From contig CAYOCJ010000001.1 of assembly GCA_964402565.1 (NCBI GenBank), forward strand, positions 568,823-632,822: a DNA stretch of 64,000 nucleotides, read 5' to 3'. The position numbers were made by a program, and so were the translations under genes. Below are positions 26,052 through 34,307 of this stretch, piece by piece; positions within the stretch are counted from its first letter, which is position 1; every line of letters starts with the position of its first letter. The DNA is from an uncultured Gammaproteobacteria bacterium (lineage in GTDB: Bacteria > Patescibacteriota > Patescibacteriia > UBA1558 > 2-01-FULL-52-15). The notes beneath the pieces were generated by a model. The model had not been told where the DNA came from. It saw only the letters and a program-made list of their open reading frames with translations, and searched no databases.

Positions 26052-27937
26052 TTTCGAGATCCAATAAGCGATCCTAATCGCTGTACGATCACGCTTAACT
26101 TAGAGACCGCGGTACTGTTCGTCTTTATGCCTTTTTTCTGTTCTACCGAAACTGCTTGTATTCTCGTGGCTTCGCGCAGCGTTGATTTCGCTTGCGTATG
26201 GAGGTCAGTCATGCGTAATGCGATCTGGCTGGTGCTTTCAGACTGCTTTGCAACCTGTTTGTCGATAGCCTGTACACTCAACGCAATTTGCATTGCATCT
26301 TTCGACATCTTATTCAAGCTTTCCAGAGCGCGCGTAATGACTGTGAGGCTGTCGACCGCTTCAGAGCGTTCCCGCGATGATGCTTCCTTGCTGCGAAGCA
26401 GCTGTTGCTGTATGGACTTAACCAGCTCATTGATATGCTCGCTGGCCTCTCTGCTCAGCAATGAGAGCTTGCCTACTTCCGATGCAAGGCTCGAAACGCT
26501 ATGCATGCCGCGGTCCGTAGAGCTTGCTTCGATCGTAGCATTTAAACTTGCGTACGTCGTAGCCTGTGCAAGCGAACGAACATCGGCAGCGATCGAATCT
26601 ACTTGTTCGCTATACCTGCCGAGAGTAGTAATGAGCCCTTCGTGGGCTGTTGCAAGCTTCTTAATGCTCGCAATGCTCGTACGCGCCTCCTCTGCGTCAC
26701 GCTGGCCTTTGACTGCCAAGGCATCGATCAACTGTACACTGGCTGCCGCTTTCGCCGTTAATTTCCGGATATCCGCAAGCGAATCGGCGATCTTGGTCCC
26801 ATCAGTATCAACAGCTTTCATATTCTTCAATTGGTCCTTATAGTTCGTGAGCAAGCTCGTTGCAACAGCTTCCTGCGAGATCATGGTCGCCTCTGCCGTT
26901 GCAATGCCTGACTGTATGGCTCCGGTCGACGAGGTAATATCGGTGATGGTTTTAAAAATCGGCTTCACCAAAATACGGCTGATGAGCCCGACGAAAATAT
27001 ATAAAATGCCGAGCATCAAAATAAGCGAACCAATATAGGTCAAAAGCTGTAAACGCTCCTGCTCTTTCAGCCTCCCGATAATTTCATTGCGATCGACCAT
27101 GGTGACGAGGTACTGGGGAGAACCTGCGATCGAGACCGGCGAAATATGTATCATGACGGTATGCCCTGCGAAGGTCGTTTGCGCGATAATGCCATTGTTC
27201 GGCCTGCTTTGCTCGAGCCATGCAGACAGCGGAACGGTTGCCGCTCCCTGATCCGGAATTCCCAGATCAAAAGGCTGAGTTATCAAAACGCCAGTCGTAT
27301 CCGTCAGAAAAATATCCGCGTGTTTTGCAAGCCGGTCAGTGTCGATCGCGGCGTCAGATCCTACGCCTTGGAGCGCAAATGCTTGATCGCTGACGCCTTC
27401 AGCGAGGAACTCGTCAATATCTTGAATGGGATAGCGGATGACGATCCATTGATTCCCGGTGTCGACGCGTCTGCCTATGAAAACCGAATCCTTCGAAAAA
27501 TGAACCGCAGATTGCAGGTCAGTCGGCTGCGGGACCCATAAGTCTGATTCATTGGTGCTGAGCTGATACTGCGTCTGCAGCGAGCCGCTCGAAGAGATGC
27601 CATATATGATGCCGCGCGAAGCAAGGCCGCTTTGATCCCGCACTACCCCAGCAAGCGCCTGATCAAGAGCTTTCGGCGATGTCAGGCCTGATTCACGGGC
27701 TTCGGTCTGCAATGCGATAGCTTCAGCAATTTTTTGCCGTTCATCGAGATAGCGTCTGATCTGAGATGCTTTGACCGATGAAAAAAGCCCAAGCTCCCGC
27801 TGTGCCGAAAGAATGATCGCCTGTCGTTGGAAATAATAGCCAAGACTGCCCACTATGCATGCCGGAAAAATACCAGCCACCAAAAACCACAGTGCAAATA
27901 TGGCATTTAACCTGCTATTGGCTCTCTCGATCATCAT
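26048..27937 (-). CDS. Methyl-accepting chemotaxis protein-like transducer (two TM helices, ~270-aa extracytoplasmic sensor, HAMP, divergent MCP signalling domain)
   Basis: 629 aa. TM helices near residues 10-35 and 300-325. Signalling core TTYASLNATIEASSTDRGMHSVSSLASEVGKLSLLSREASEHINELV resembles the MCP hairpin tip [33 protein letters not shown] but is divergent. Confidence 0.7.
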   Translation of the reverse strand: MMIERANSRLNAIFALWFLVAGIFPACIVGSLGYYFQRQAIILSAQRELGLFSSVKASQIRRYLDERQKIAEAIALQTEARESGLTSPKALDQALAGVVRDQSGLASRGIIYGISSSGSLQTQYQLSTNESDLWVPQPTDLQSAVHFSKDSVFIGRRVDTGNQWIVIRYPIQDIDEFLAEGVSDQAFALQGVGSDAAIDTDRLAKHADIFLTDTTGVLITQPFDLGIPDQGAATVPLSAWLEQSRPNNGIIAQTTFAGHTVMIHISPVSIAGSPQYLVTMVDRNEIIGRLKEQERLQLLTYIGSLILMLGILYIFVGLISRILVKPIFKTITDITSSTGAIQSGIATAEATMISQEAVATSLLTNYKDQLKNMKAVDTDGTKIADSLADIRKLTAKAAASVQLIDALAVKGQRDAEEARTSIASIKKLATAHEGLITTLGRYSEQVDSIAADVRSLAQATTYASLNATIEASSTDRGMHSVSSLASEVGKLSLLSREASEHINELVKSIQQQLLRSKEASSRERSEAVDSLTVITRALESLNKMSKDAMQIALSVQAIDKQVAKQSESTSQIALRMTDLHTQAKSTLREATRIQAVSVEQKKGIKTNSTAVSKLSVIVQRLGSLIGSRK

Positions 27938-28074
27938 GTGTTACAAAATAAAAAATCGACCAACTATAGCCGATCAGGACATAAGCAGGTGCAACCCCGG
28001 CGCACGCGAACCTGCTCGTTTTTTTTGTGCATAGATTAGCTTATCTTTTGTTTTAATTTCGATTTTATTATACT

Positions 28075-28103
28075 CATTTCTCAAAAAAAACACAAACCCC
28101 TTT
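28075..28103 (-). promoter_or_regulatory. Possible sigma70-type promoter for the MCP-led operon (-35 TTGTGT, 17-nt spacer, -10 TATAAT on the minus strand), about 150 nt upstream of the MCP start
   Basis: Minus-strand read ttgtgttttttttgagaaatgagtataat. Coordinates approximate. Confidence 0.3.
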
Positions 28104-28119
28104 GCACCCTGCTGCTTTC

Positions 28120-28581
28120 TTACTTGATAACTTTATCAACGGTGACTTGTTGTCCGAAAAAAGTATCGCAAGCTCCGAGCATCACATGATCACCGCTTTG
28201 CTGGACATACATTCTTGATTCCGTCGTTGAGTTGCTGAGCGGATCGAGAAGCATTTCTTTCATATACCCAGGCACCAAGGTCTTTGCGAGATCGACGCAG
28301 GGAATATCCTTCGAAAGCGCAGGACAATAAGCTTTACACTCATTGGTATTAGCAATCATTGATGGTTGAGAGGGCAATGCGGGTAATGTTCCGCCATGGT
28401 CCGAAGCATAGTATTGCAATGCCTGCGCAATCACGTCCAAATACCGCTGTCGCTCGTGATTTACCTGTTCACGCCACTGCACCGGATAATTGCTTATGGA
28501 TAATAAAACCAGCACGACAATAATGGATGCGTATACTGCGGCTATGATCTTTAAACCGATCGATAGATGTTTTTTTGGCAT
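28120..28581 (-). CDS. Hypothetical N-terminally anchored secreted protein
   Basis: 153 aa. TM helix LKIIAAVYASIIVVLVLLSI; no recognisable domain. Confidence 0.35.
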   Translation of the reverse strand: MPKKHLSIGLKIIAAVYASIIVVLVLLSISNYPVQWREQVNHERQRYLDVIAQALQYYASDHGGTLPALPSQPSMIANTNECKAYCPALSKDIPCVDLAKTLVPGYMKEMLLDPLSNSTTESRMYVQQSGDHVMLGACDTFFGQQVTVDKVIK

Positions 28582-28584
28582 ACT

Positions 28585-29601
28585 CTAGTTTGACGTCGAG
28601 ATGATAGCCCTGGCTGCATCCCACATGGAGCTGTCGCCTTTTGTTTTAAGCAAATACCACCACTCCACTCCCCAAAAATAAGCCTGCTTGAAACCGGTCC
28701 TTCGTGCAAGCTCAGCATTTGTCTGCAGCTGCTGCACCGTGAATGATTTCGCAGCTTCCTCGGGACCTATATCCTGTACTTTCTTGAAATGTGCTGGCCA
28801 TGGTTCTGCCTGCAGCTCTGCAACGATAGCTGATTGAGGTGACTTGCCCGCAAATTTCGCTTTTACATCATACAGCCATGCGGGCCATGGCCAGCGGAAA
28901 TAGCCAAAATAATTATTCCACACAACTCGGTAAATGGTAATGCCAAGAATATCAGAAAAGTGGGCGGCCTTTCGCCATGTATTCAGCTCGCCAGAATCTG
29001 TCAAAATAAGCGGGCGCGGATCAGCGAGCCGCAAGTTGTTTATCTCAGTTTTGATCAAGTCTTCATCAGCTTTCGGGCATTCGCCAAACCATGAAAAGAA
29101 GTATTCATTTTCAAGCTGCCAGGCGCTGATCGATGATACGCTCTTGAAATGTTCAATTGCAGCCTTTGACATCGCCAGATGCGCCTGCTTCATATCAGCG
29201 TCTGAAAGCGAGTTTGACCACCCAGGCTGATGGCATTCGGGCCAGCGCGGCAAGCGGCGCCCGATATTCAAAATAAAATGTACATTGCGTTTCGTACCTT
29301 CTGCAAGCATCCAATCATAGTCGGAAAAATCGTAGGTTCCTTTCGTCCGCTCAATATCGTCCCAATACACGGGCAATCGCACCTGTTTGACCCCAAGGTC
29401 ATCAAGCATACTCGTATATGCAGCGCGCCAATCTAAGCCAAGCTCTTCTGCATATTTTTTTGAGAATGTCACTCCCCAGAAATGCTCCGGAACTTTTGAT
29501 TGCTGCAGCGTAAGGTGATGGCCCGCGAACTTGAAATACCAAAAACCCCAAACAATACAAAGAAACAAGATCAAAAATTTCTTAGAATGTCTGCGGCTCA
29601 T
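28585..29601 (-). CDS. Membrane-anchored glycoside hydrolase, clan GH-A TIM barrel (GH42/GH35-like beta-galactosidase/glycanase fold)
   Basis: 338 aa. VRLPVYWDDIERTKGTYDFSDYDWMLAEG resembles the GH-A N-terminal strand region. WQLENEYFF resembles the acid/base NEY(G) motif. N-terminal TM anchor. Confidence 0.45.
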   Translation of the reverse strand: MSRRHSKKFLILFLCIVWGFWYFKFAGHHLTLQQSKVPEHFWGVTFSKKYAEELGLDWRAAYTSMLDDLGVKQVRLPVYWDDIERTKGTYDFSDYDWMLAEGTKRNVHFILNIGRRLPRWPECHQPGWSNSLSDADMKQAHLAMSKAAIEHFKSVSSISAWQLENEYFFSWFGECPKADEDLIKTEINNLRLADPRPLILTDSGELNTWRKAAHFSDILGITIYRVVWNNYFGYFRWPWPAWLYDVKAKFAGKSPQSAIVAELQAEPWPAHFKKVQDIGPEEAAKSFTVQQLQTNAELARRTGFKQAYFWGVEWWYLLKTKGDSSMWDAARAIISTSN

Positions 29602-29604
29602 GCA

Positions 29605-30549
29605 TTAAATGGCTACGAAGTAGAGACCTATGCCGATGAAAATGAGTGCGGCAATTTTCTGCAGGATAACAGGAGCGCTAATATGTTCCTGCAATAATTT
29701 TGGCTTGAAAAATGTAATGAGCGCCGCAAACAAAAGAATGAATACATACTGGAAACTTTGCAGTGCTGATACGAGCGCAACGCTGACATGCGGGAACGAT
29801 ATGACATAACGCTGGCCGACAAATCCAATAGCTCCTAAACCCTGGCTTGCTAACCAAATCACTTTCATGCGGAATGAAAGCGGTTTCAGGCTGTTCGCGA
29901 TCGATGCACGAATGGATTTTGAAAAGGCTAAGAACACGAGCGCGACTGCAGTTCCAAGCTGTGGCCAGACCAGGCTATTCATGAAACCCTCTTCGCGGGA
30001 TAAGTATTGCGTCAGAACAAGAAAAAGAGAGAACGATAACGAGGCAGCAAGGGCATAGATGGTACCCCATCTCCTTGGCTGGCTTGTTTTTCCGCGAGGT
30101 GTAATGGAAATAATGATGGTTCCGATAACTAAAAATAAGAAAGCAAGGAACTTCGCTGTATCAAGCGGATCGTAGCTAAAGGTCATGAAAAAAGCCAAGA
30201 TCGGCATGCTGCCGCCTATGACAGGCAATACGCGCGATGCTTCTCCTTTTTGCAATGCCGTATACAGCAAGTAGATCGCCAGTGTAAAAATAATGCCGAC
30301 AAAAATTGCGACGAGCGTATGCCACAAAGTCATGAAGGTCAGAAGTCCGAATGGCATCGGCCGGCTGTCAATGAATTGGCTGACCATGACATCAATGACC
30401 AGCAAAGCCACAACGCCGACGCTCATCACCGAAACCCAGGTCGCATAGACGATACTTTCAGTGACAATGCTGGACAAAAAAATTTTATCAACCAGATTGC
30501 TGATGGATAAAATAAAGTATGAAATCAATATAATGTAGAGCCAATTCAT
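29605..30549 (-). CDS. Polytopic membrane protein (about 10 TM; DMT/EamA-like transporter fold guessed)
   Basis: 314 aa, highly hydrophobic throughout, two roughly repeated halves. Confidence 0.35.
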   Translation of the reverse strand: MNWLYIILISYFILSISNLVDKIFLSSIVTESIVYATWVSVMSVGVVALLVIDVMVSQFIDSRPMPFGLLTFMTLWHTLVAIFVGIIFTLAIYLLYTALQKGEASRVLPVIGGSMPILAFFMTFSYDPLDTAKFLAFLFLVIGTIIISITPRGKTSQPRRWGTIYALAASLSFSLFLVLTQYLSREEGFMNSLVWPQLGTAVALVFLAFSKSIRASIANSLKPLSFRMKVIWLASQGLGAIGFVGQRYVISFPHVSVALVSALQSFQYVFILLFAALITFFKPKLLQEHISAPVILQKIAALIFIGIGLYFVAI

Positions 30550-30604
30550 GCAATAGGGCCATTGATTGAATACCTAGTAGTATAGCATATAAAGCTGGGG
30601 TATA

Positions 30605-30640
30605 ACAAAAGACTTTATGCACGCATAAAGTCTTTTCGCA
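30605..30640 (-). terminator. Intrinsic terminator-like hairpin downstream of the Cys-rich small ORF
   Basis: Near-perfect 13-14 bp inverted repeat aaaagactttatgc/gcataaagtctttt (30607-30636), followed on the minus strand by a U-rich run (cttttguuaua). Confidence 0.4.
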
Positions 30641-30655
30641 AGGCCGGAAAAATGC

Positions 30656-30775
30656 CTATTTACCGCACGGACAAGCGTTTCCGCATGAGCACTCTGGCGC
30701 TCCCGCGGTGCCGCATGCGCAACCGCAATCGCACCCTTCAGCGCCGCAATTGCATGATTTTTTTTCTTCGTCCAT
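30656..30775 (-). CDS. Unannotated 39-aa cysteine-rich peptide, metallothionein-like (10 Cys arranged as CxC motifs)
   Basis: Manual translation of the minus strand: MDEEKKSCNCGAEGCDCGCACGTAGAPECSCGNACPCGK* (ATG = revcomp of cat 30773-30775; TAG = revcomp of cta 30656-30658). Below the 60-aa ORF-track threshold. The track ORF 30574..30786 is in another frame. Confidence 0.5.
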   Translation of the reverse strand: MDEEKKSCNCGAEGCDCGCACGTAGAPECSCGNACPCGK

Positions 30776-30798
30776 GGTGTTCTCAATTAATGATCTTC

Positions 30799-30827
30799 AG
30801 TATAGGATACCGCGGCGAAGCTGTGAA
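30799..30827 (-). promoter_or_regulatory. Sigma70-like promoter for the Cys-rich peptide gene (-35 TTCACA, 17 nt, -10 TATACT; ~23-nt leader)
   Basis: Minus-strand read ttcaca-gcttcgccgcggtatcc-tatact-gaagatcattaattgagaacacc-ATG. Confidence 0.4.
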
Positions 30828-30842
30828 CGCAAGCAATATTCA

Positions 30843-32183
30843 TTATAACTGCTCGATGACCGAGCGCAATTCTCGCATATGACTGCCTTCGTACTCTTCT
30901 CGTGTAATATGCGCAGCTGCATACAATGCATTCAGCGGCTTGCTGTCTTTCACCTGGTAATGACGAGGATAATGATATTCGATAGGTCCATTGTCGAGCA
31001 CGATAATGTGCTGCCGCTGGAGATAATCTCTTAGTGCCTGATCATTGCCATGGCTTCGGAATCCGCCTTGCACCGCAAGCGCCGCCAATGCGTCGTGATC
31101 AAGCATCACCGTATACGGAATATGAAAAATCTTCATCAGTTCAATATAGACATCGATATTGCTCTTACCATGGACATGTATCACCTTGATATCATCCGGC
31201 CCCTGATAAAACCGGTCAATCAAACCGCGCATCAAGATCCGGTCAGACACTCCCTCGACAAGCAGGACCTTATCGGCGAAGAACATTTCCAGATTATCAG
31301 CGTTCAGCTCCTGCACGAGTCGCTCCTGATCAAATTGACTCGGGTTTTGAGCGAGTGAATATACGTGACTACCGTCAGCATCTTTGAGCACACGATACAC
31401 TTGCCGCAATGTATACGCGGTCACAAATAAGGGTGAATGCGTCGTCATGATGATCTGGCAGGTTGCCCTGCTGCTCAGAATCTTGAGCAGCTTCTTGATC
31501 ATACCCGGATGTAAGTGGATTTCAGGCTCATCGATCATGACGATGGAGTATTCAGGATGCAGCGCATACAGCAAAATGACTAGCACACGCCGAAAGCCGC
31601 CGCCAAGCCGGTCGATCGTAATGCTTTTTGGCCCTACTGATACTGAACCAAATCCGGCAGATGAATCATCCACAATACTATTGATGCTTTCAACTTCCGG
31701 GAAATGGTCATGCAATAGATTTGTTAATACACCGAACTGCTGCGGGTATTTTTGAGCAAAAGAAGTATAATCTTTTTCTATCTGAAAAAAATCAGAAAAA
31801 TCCTCATACCTGAGCATTTTACACCTGCGGCTCAAGGTGGTCATTAACTCTGGTGAAAGTTTCCGCGAATGATCATCAGACGCATTGACTTCATAGTGCG
31901 TGCCTTTGAAGAAGACGCGCTGGCCGCCATGCAGCAGATCCTGGCCATGCGATCCTAACTCCAGCGTCATCATGATCTCAGAACGATAGTGGTGTAGCCG
32001 GGTAGGAGACAACTCTGGATGCAAAACAAAATCTATGGCGTCCAGAATATTGGTTTTGCCGCAATTATTCGGGCCAATAAATACATTAAAATTCGGCGAA
32101 AGCGGTATGCTGACGGGGTGAATAAAGCTCTTATAAGACCCTATCCAGAGATCCGAAATGACCATGCAACAAGTATAGCACAC
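30843..32183 (-). CDS. OLD-family (overcoming lysogenization defect) ABC-type ATPase with C-terminal TOPRIM nuclease domain; candidate anti-phage defence nuclease
   Basis: 446 aa. Walker A FIGPNNCGKTNILDAIDF, signature-like LGGGFRRVL, Walker B with the OLD/AAA_21 hallmark IVMIDEPEIHLHP, H-loop MTTHSP. TOPRIM-like VLLVEGVSDRIL and VMLDHDALAA (DxD). The likely true start is a few codons downstream (MVISDLW). Confidence 0.7.
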   Translation of the reverse strand: MCYTCCMVISDLWIGSYKSFIHPVSIPLSPNFNVFIGPNNCGKTNILDAIDFVLHPELSPTRLHHYRSEIMMTLELGSHGQDLLHGGQRVFFKGTHYEVNASDDHSRKLSPELMTTLSRRCKMLRYEDFSDFFQIEKDYTSFAQKYPQQFGVLTNLLHDHFPEVESINSIVDDSSAGFGSVSVGPKSITIDRLGGGFRRVLVILLYALHPEYSIVMIDEPEIHLHPGMIKKLLKILSSRATCQIIMTTHSPLFVTAYTLRQVYRVLKDADGSHVYSLAQNPSQFDQERLVQELNADNLEMFFADKVLLVEGVSDRILMRGLIDRFYQGPDDIKVIHVHGKSNIDVYIELMKIFHIPYTVMLDHDALAALAVQGGFRSHGNDQALRDYLQRQHIIVLDNGPIEYHYPRHYQVKDSKPLNALYAAAHITREEYEGSHMRELRSVIEQL

Positions 32184-32251
32184 TGCGATACACCAAACCG
32201 CCCTGCGCCGGGTCGGCGCAGGGCGGTTCTAACAGCGATTACAATGTCTGG

Positions 32252-33598
32252 TTACCTGATAAAAAACGAGCCCAAAATCCTAATATGTTCGCCTATGGCC
32301 TCAACCGCATGGATGTGAACATAGAATGCGCTCGCGACAACCAGGATAAGTGCCAGCGCATTCAGAATGATATGCGCATGCTGTACCTTGATCTTTACGA
32401 CGATATTGACCAGCAATAATCCAACCAAAGATAGTAAGAATACAAATAAGAAACGGTCAGCCCATGCAATAGCGTGCTGCAGCCACGTCCCTTTGCTCAG
32501 GACAACGCCGGTCTTGAACTGGTCAACGATCTGTCCCTGTTCATTGGTCACCGCTTCACCCAAGACTTCTATCTCAGGCTGCAATGCTGCAAGCGTAGCA
32601 GGATCCAATCGAGTCGGCTCTGCCGAAGGTTGTCCGGTAACGGTTGTTGGATTTGGCTGAACGACCGGCTGCGGTGCTGGCGCAGGTTGAGGCTGCGTTA
32701 CGATAGGCGTTGGAGCTGGTGCCGGTTTCGGAGCTGGCTGCGGAGTCGGTTTCGGCTTCACGACCGGCTGCGGTGCTGGCGCAGGGGTTGGCGTTGGCGC
32801 AGGCACAGGAGTCGGCGTTGGCTTTACTTCAGCCACTGGCGCGGGAGGCGTGTCAGCAGACACAACCTTGGTGACCGGTTGCTTCTGTGTGCCAAAAAAT
32901 ACAACCATCAGATTCGTCTGATGCCCGTCCAAATTACCGCTTAGTGTAGCAATACCGATCTCTTCATAGGCAGCATTCAGCAAATTTTTGTCATGCGTCG
33001 GGCTAGCCTGAAACGCTTTGAAAACTGAGTTTGCGGTAAGAAAATCCATGCCAAGGTTCTCACCCATTGCTTTAAAATCATAGCGAGCCGGATCCAGCCA
33101 CTGCCACGGTTTCTTGCCATCCGGGCCATAGTGGCTGAAATAATTCTCAGCGATCATGTCATTGCCTTTCGCCGTTGCTGCTTCTTCAAGATATGAGTTC
33201 ACGGCGAGTTCATGCCCTCCCCGCTCGACCCGGTATTGATTGATGAGCGTATACATCTGTGAGCGAATATCCTGCTCCAGTCGTCCGAGATTCGGATAGA
33301 GCACGAATAAAGTCGAGATCAAAGCGACTTTAATAAAGACGACCAACAGCATGATGTGCTTTACTGAACGAGCCTGAAAGACTTTTGGCTGATAGCCATT
33401 ACGCTCATGCGGTATGACAAAATCAACCAGCGCTCGCGATGCCGTATGCAGGCGCAGTGAAAAGATCTCACTTAGTTTGTCGCGTTCTTCTTGAGGCATA
33501 TGACGATACATAATCCAACTCACCAAAGCTGCACCGCTGAACAATAACTTGATCAATGGGTGATGCTTATGCGGTTTATTATCTTCAGTATTGCCCAT
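32252..33598 (-). CDS. Membrane protein with extracellular CAP/SCP/PR-1-like domain and a proline-rich (PAPxP) linker
   Basis: 448 aa. CAP-like region GHELAVNSYLEEAATAKGNDMIAENYFSHYGPDGKKPWQW...ENLGMDF...AYEEIGIA. ~70-aa low-complexity linker PTPTPVPAPTPTPAPAPQPVVKPKPTPQPAPKPAPAPTP. TM helices at both ends. Confidence 0.6.
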   Translation of the reverse strand: MGNTEDNKPHKHHPLIKLLFSGAALVSWIMYRHMPQEERDKLSEIFSLRLHTASRALVDFVIPHERNGYQPKVFQARSVKHIMLLVVFIKVALISTLFVLYPNLGRLEQDIRSQMYTLINQYRVERGGHELAVNSYLEEAATAKGNDMIAENYFSHYGPDGKKPWQWLDPARYDFKAMGENLGMDFLTANSVFKAFQASPTHDKNLLNAAYEEIGIATLSGNLDGHQTNLMVVFFGTQKQPVTKVVSADTPPAPVAEVKPTPTPVPAPTPTPAPAPQPVVKPKPTPQPAPKPAPAPTPIVTQPQPAPAPQPVVQPNPTTVTGQPSAEPTRLDPATLAALQPEIEVLGEAVTNEQGQIVDQFKTGVVLSKGTWLQHAIAWADRFLFVFLLSLVGLLLVNIVVKIKVQHAHIILNALALILVVASAFYVHIHAVEAIGEHIRILGSFFIR

Positions 33599-33607
33599 AT
33601 GATATCT

Positions 33608-33636
33608 ATAATACCATATTTATTTGCATTTGTCAA
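33608..33636 (-). promoter_or_regulatory. Consensus sigma70 promoter (-35 TTGACA, 17 nt, -10 TATTAT) about 9 nt upstream of the ATG of 32252..33598; implies a leaderless or near-leaderless mRNA
   Basis: Minus-strand read ttgaca-aatgcaaataaatatgg-tattat-agatatcat-ATG. Plus coordinates -35 33631-33636, -10 33608-33613, ATG 33596-33598. Confidence 0.5.
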
Positions 33637-33662
33637 AGCAGAGCTTACTAACAGGGCTAACC

Positions 33663-34307
33663 TTAGAGCTGTACAGGATATGCTTCGACTACAATACGAT
33701 TTTTACTCGTAAATTTGGGCGTGCAGCTGAATAAGGTCAGCTTTGGAGTCTTGGTATTTGCAAGGATGTCTACCTTGCTTGGTTTCACGATCGAGACTTT
33801 AGCTACAGCGTAATGATACTCCTTGCCCTCCCATGTCAGAGAGATAGGATCGCCGACCTTCATTTTGTCGATGTCCCAGAATGTTTTTGTACTTGGAGGA
33901 CGCCACATGTATCGATGTGCAGAGATCACCGTATTGCCGCCCTTTGCAGGCGTAGATGTGCCAGGCACATGCCATAAACCCTTGTTCAGAGTTTTTTCGC
34001 TTTTTCCTTCTAGCACGGCACTGTTCACGCCCATGCGGGAAACTACCAGAGTGTTCGTCACTTGTTTAACCGGCGGCTTTGTCGGAACAATTACTTTCTT
34101 CACCGTAGCAGCCTGAACAACCGGCACAGGGAATGAAAGATTCTGTGAAGTCACCGTTGCTGTTACCGCTTGCTCATCTTCGTTCGCATATGTCTGCAAA
34201 GCTGCATGAGCGCCGAGTACACCTACGCCAAACCCTGCTGCTAAGGCGAGTAGCGAGATGACCGCTACGAAGCGGACTGAGAATTTATTGCGATTGTCGA
34301 TAGGCAT
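33663..34307 (-). CDS. Sortase (transpeptidase, sortase family)
   Basis: 214 aa. N-terminal TM anchor. Catalytic His region GGNTVISAHRYM (cf. sortase NTVLAGHR), Cys motif LTLFSCTP (cf. LTLITCTP), downstream Arg NRIVVEA. Confidence 0.75.
   Translation of the reverse strand: MPIDNRNKFSVRFVAVISLLALAAGFGVGVLGAHAALQTYANEDEQAVTATVTSQNLSFPVPVVQAATVKKVIVPTKPPVKQVTNTLVVSRMGVNSAVLEGKSEKTLNKGLWHVPGTSTPAKGGNTVISAHRYMWRPPSTKTFWDIDKMKVGDPISLTWEGKEYHYAVAKVSIVKPSKVDILANTKTPKLTLFSCTPKFTSKNRIVVEAYPVQL

Noticed and set aside
26127-26843. 238-aa plus-strand ORF within the MCP-like gene
   Set aside because: Antisense; Cys/Ser-rich low-complexity product with no start context.
27985-28030. Plus-strand hairpin plus T8 run (agcaggt...acctgct cgtttttttt) between two minus-strand genes
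   Set aside because: It is oriented as a terminator for the plus strand, where no gene is present. On the minus strand it lies inside the putative 5' leader of the MCP operon. This is probably an incidental or leader secondary structure, with too little context to call a feature.
30574-30786. 70-aa minus-strand track ORF at the metallothionein-like locus
   Set aside because: Wrong frame. The overlapping 39-aa frame encodes a coherent Cys-rich peptide with promoter and terminator, whereas this frame gives a featureless basic product.
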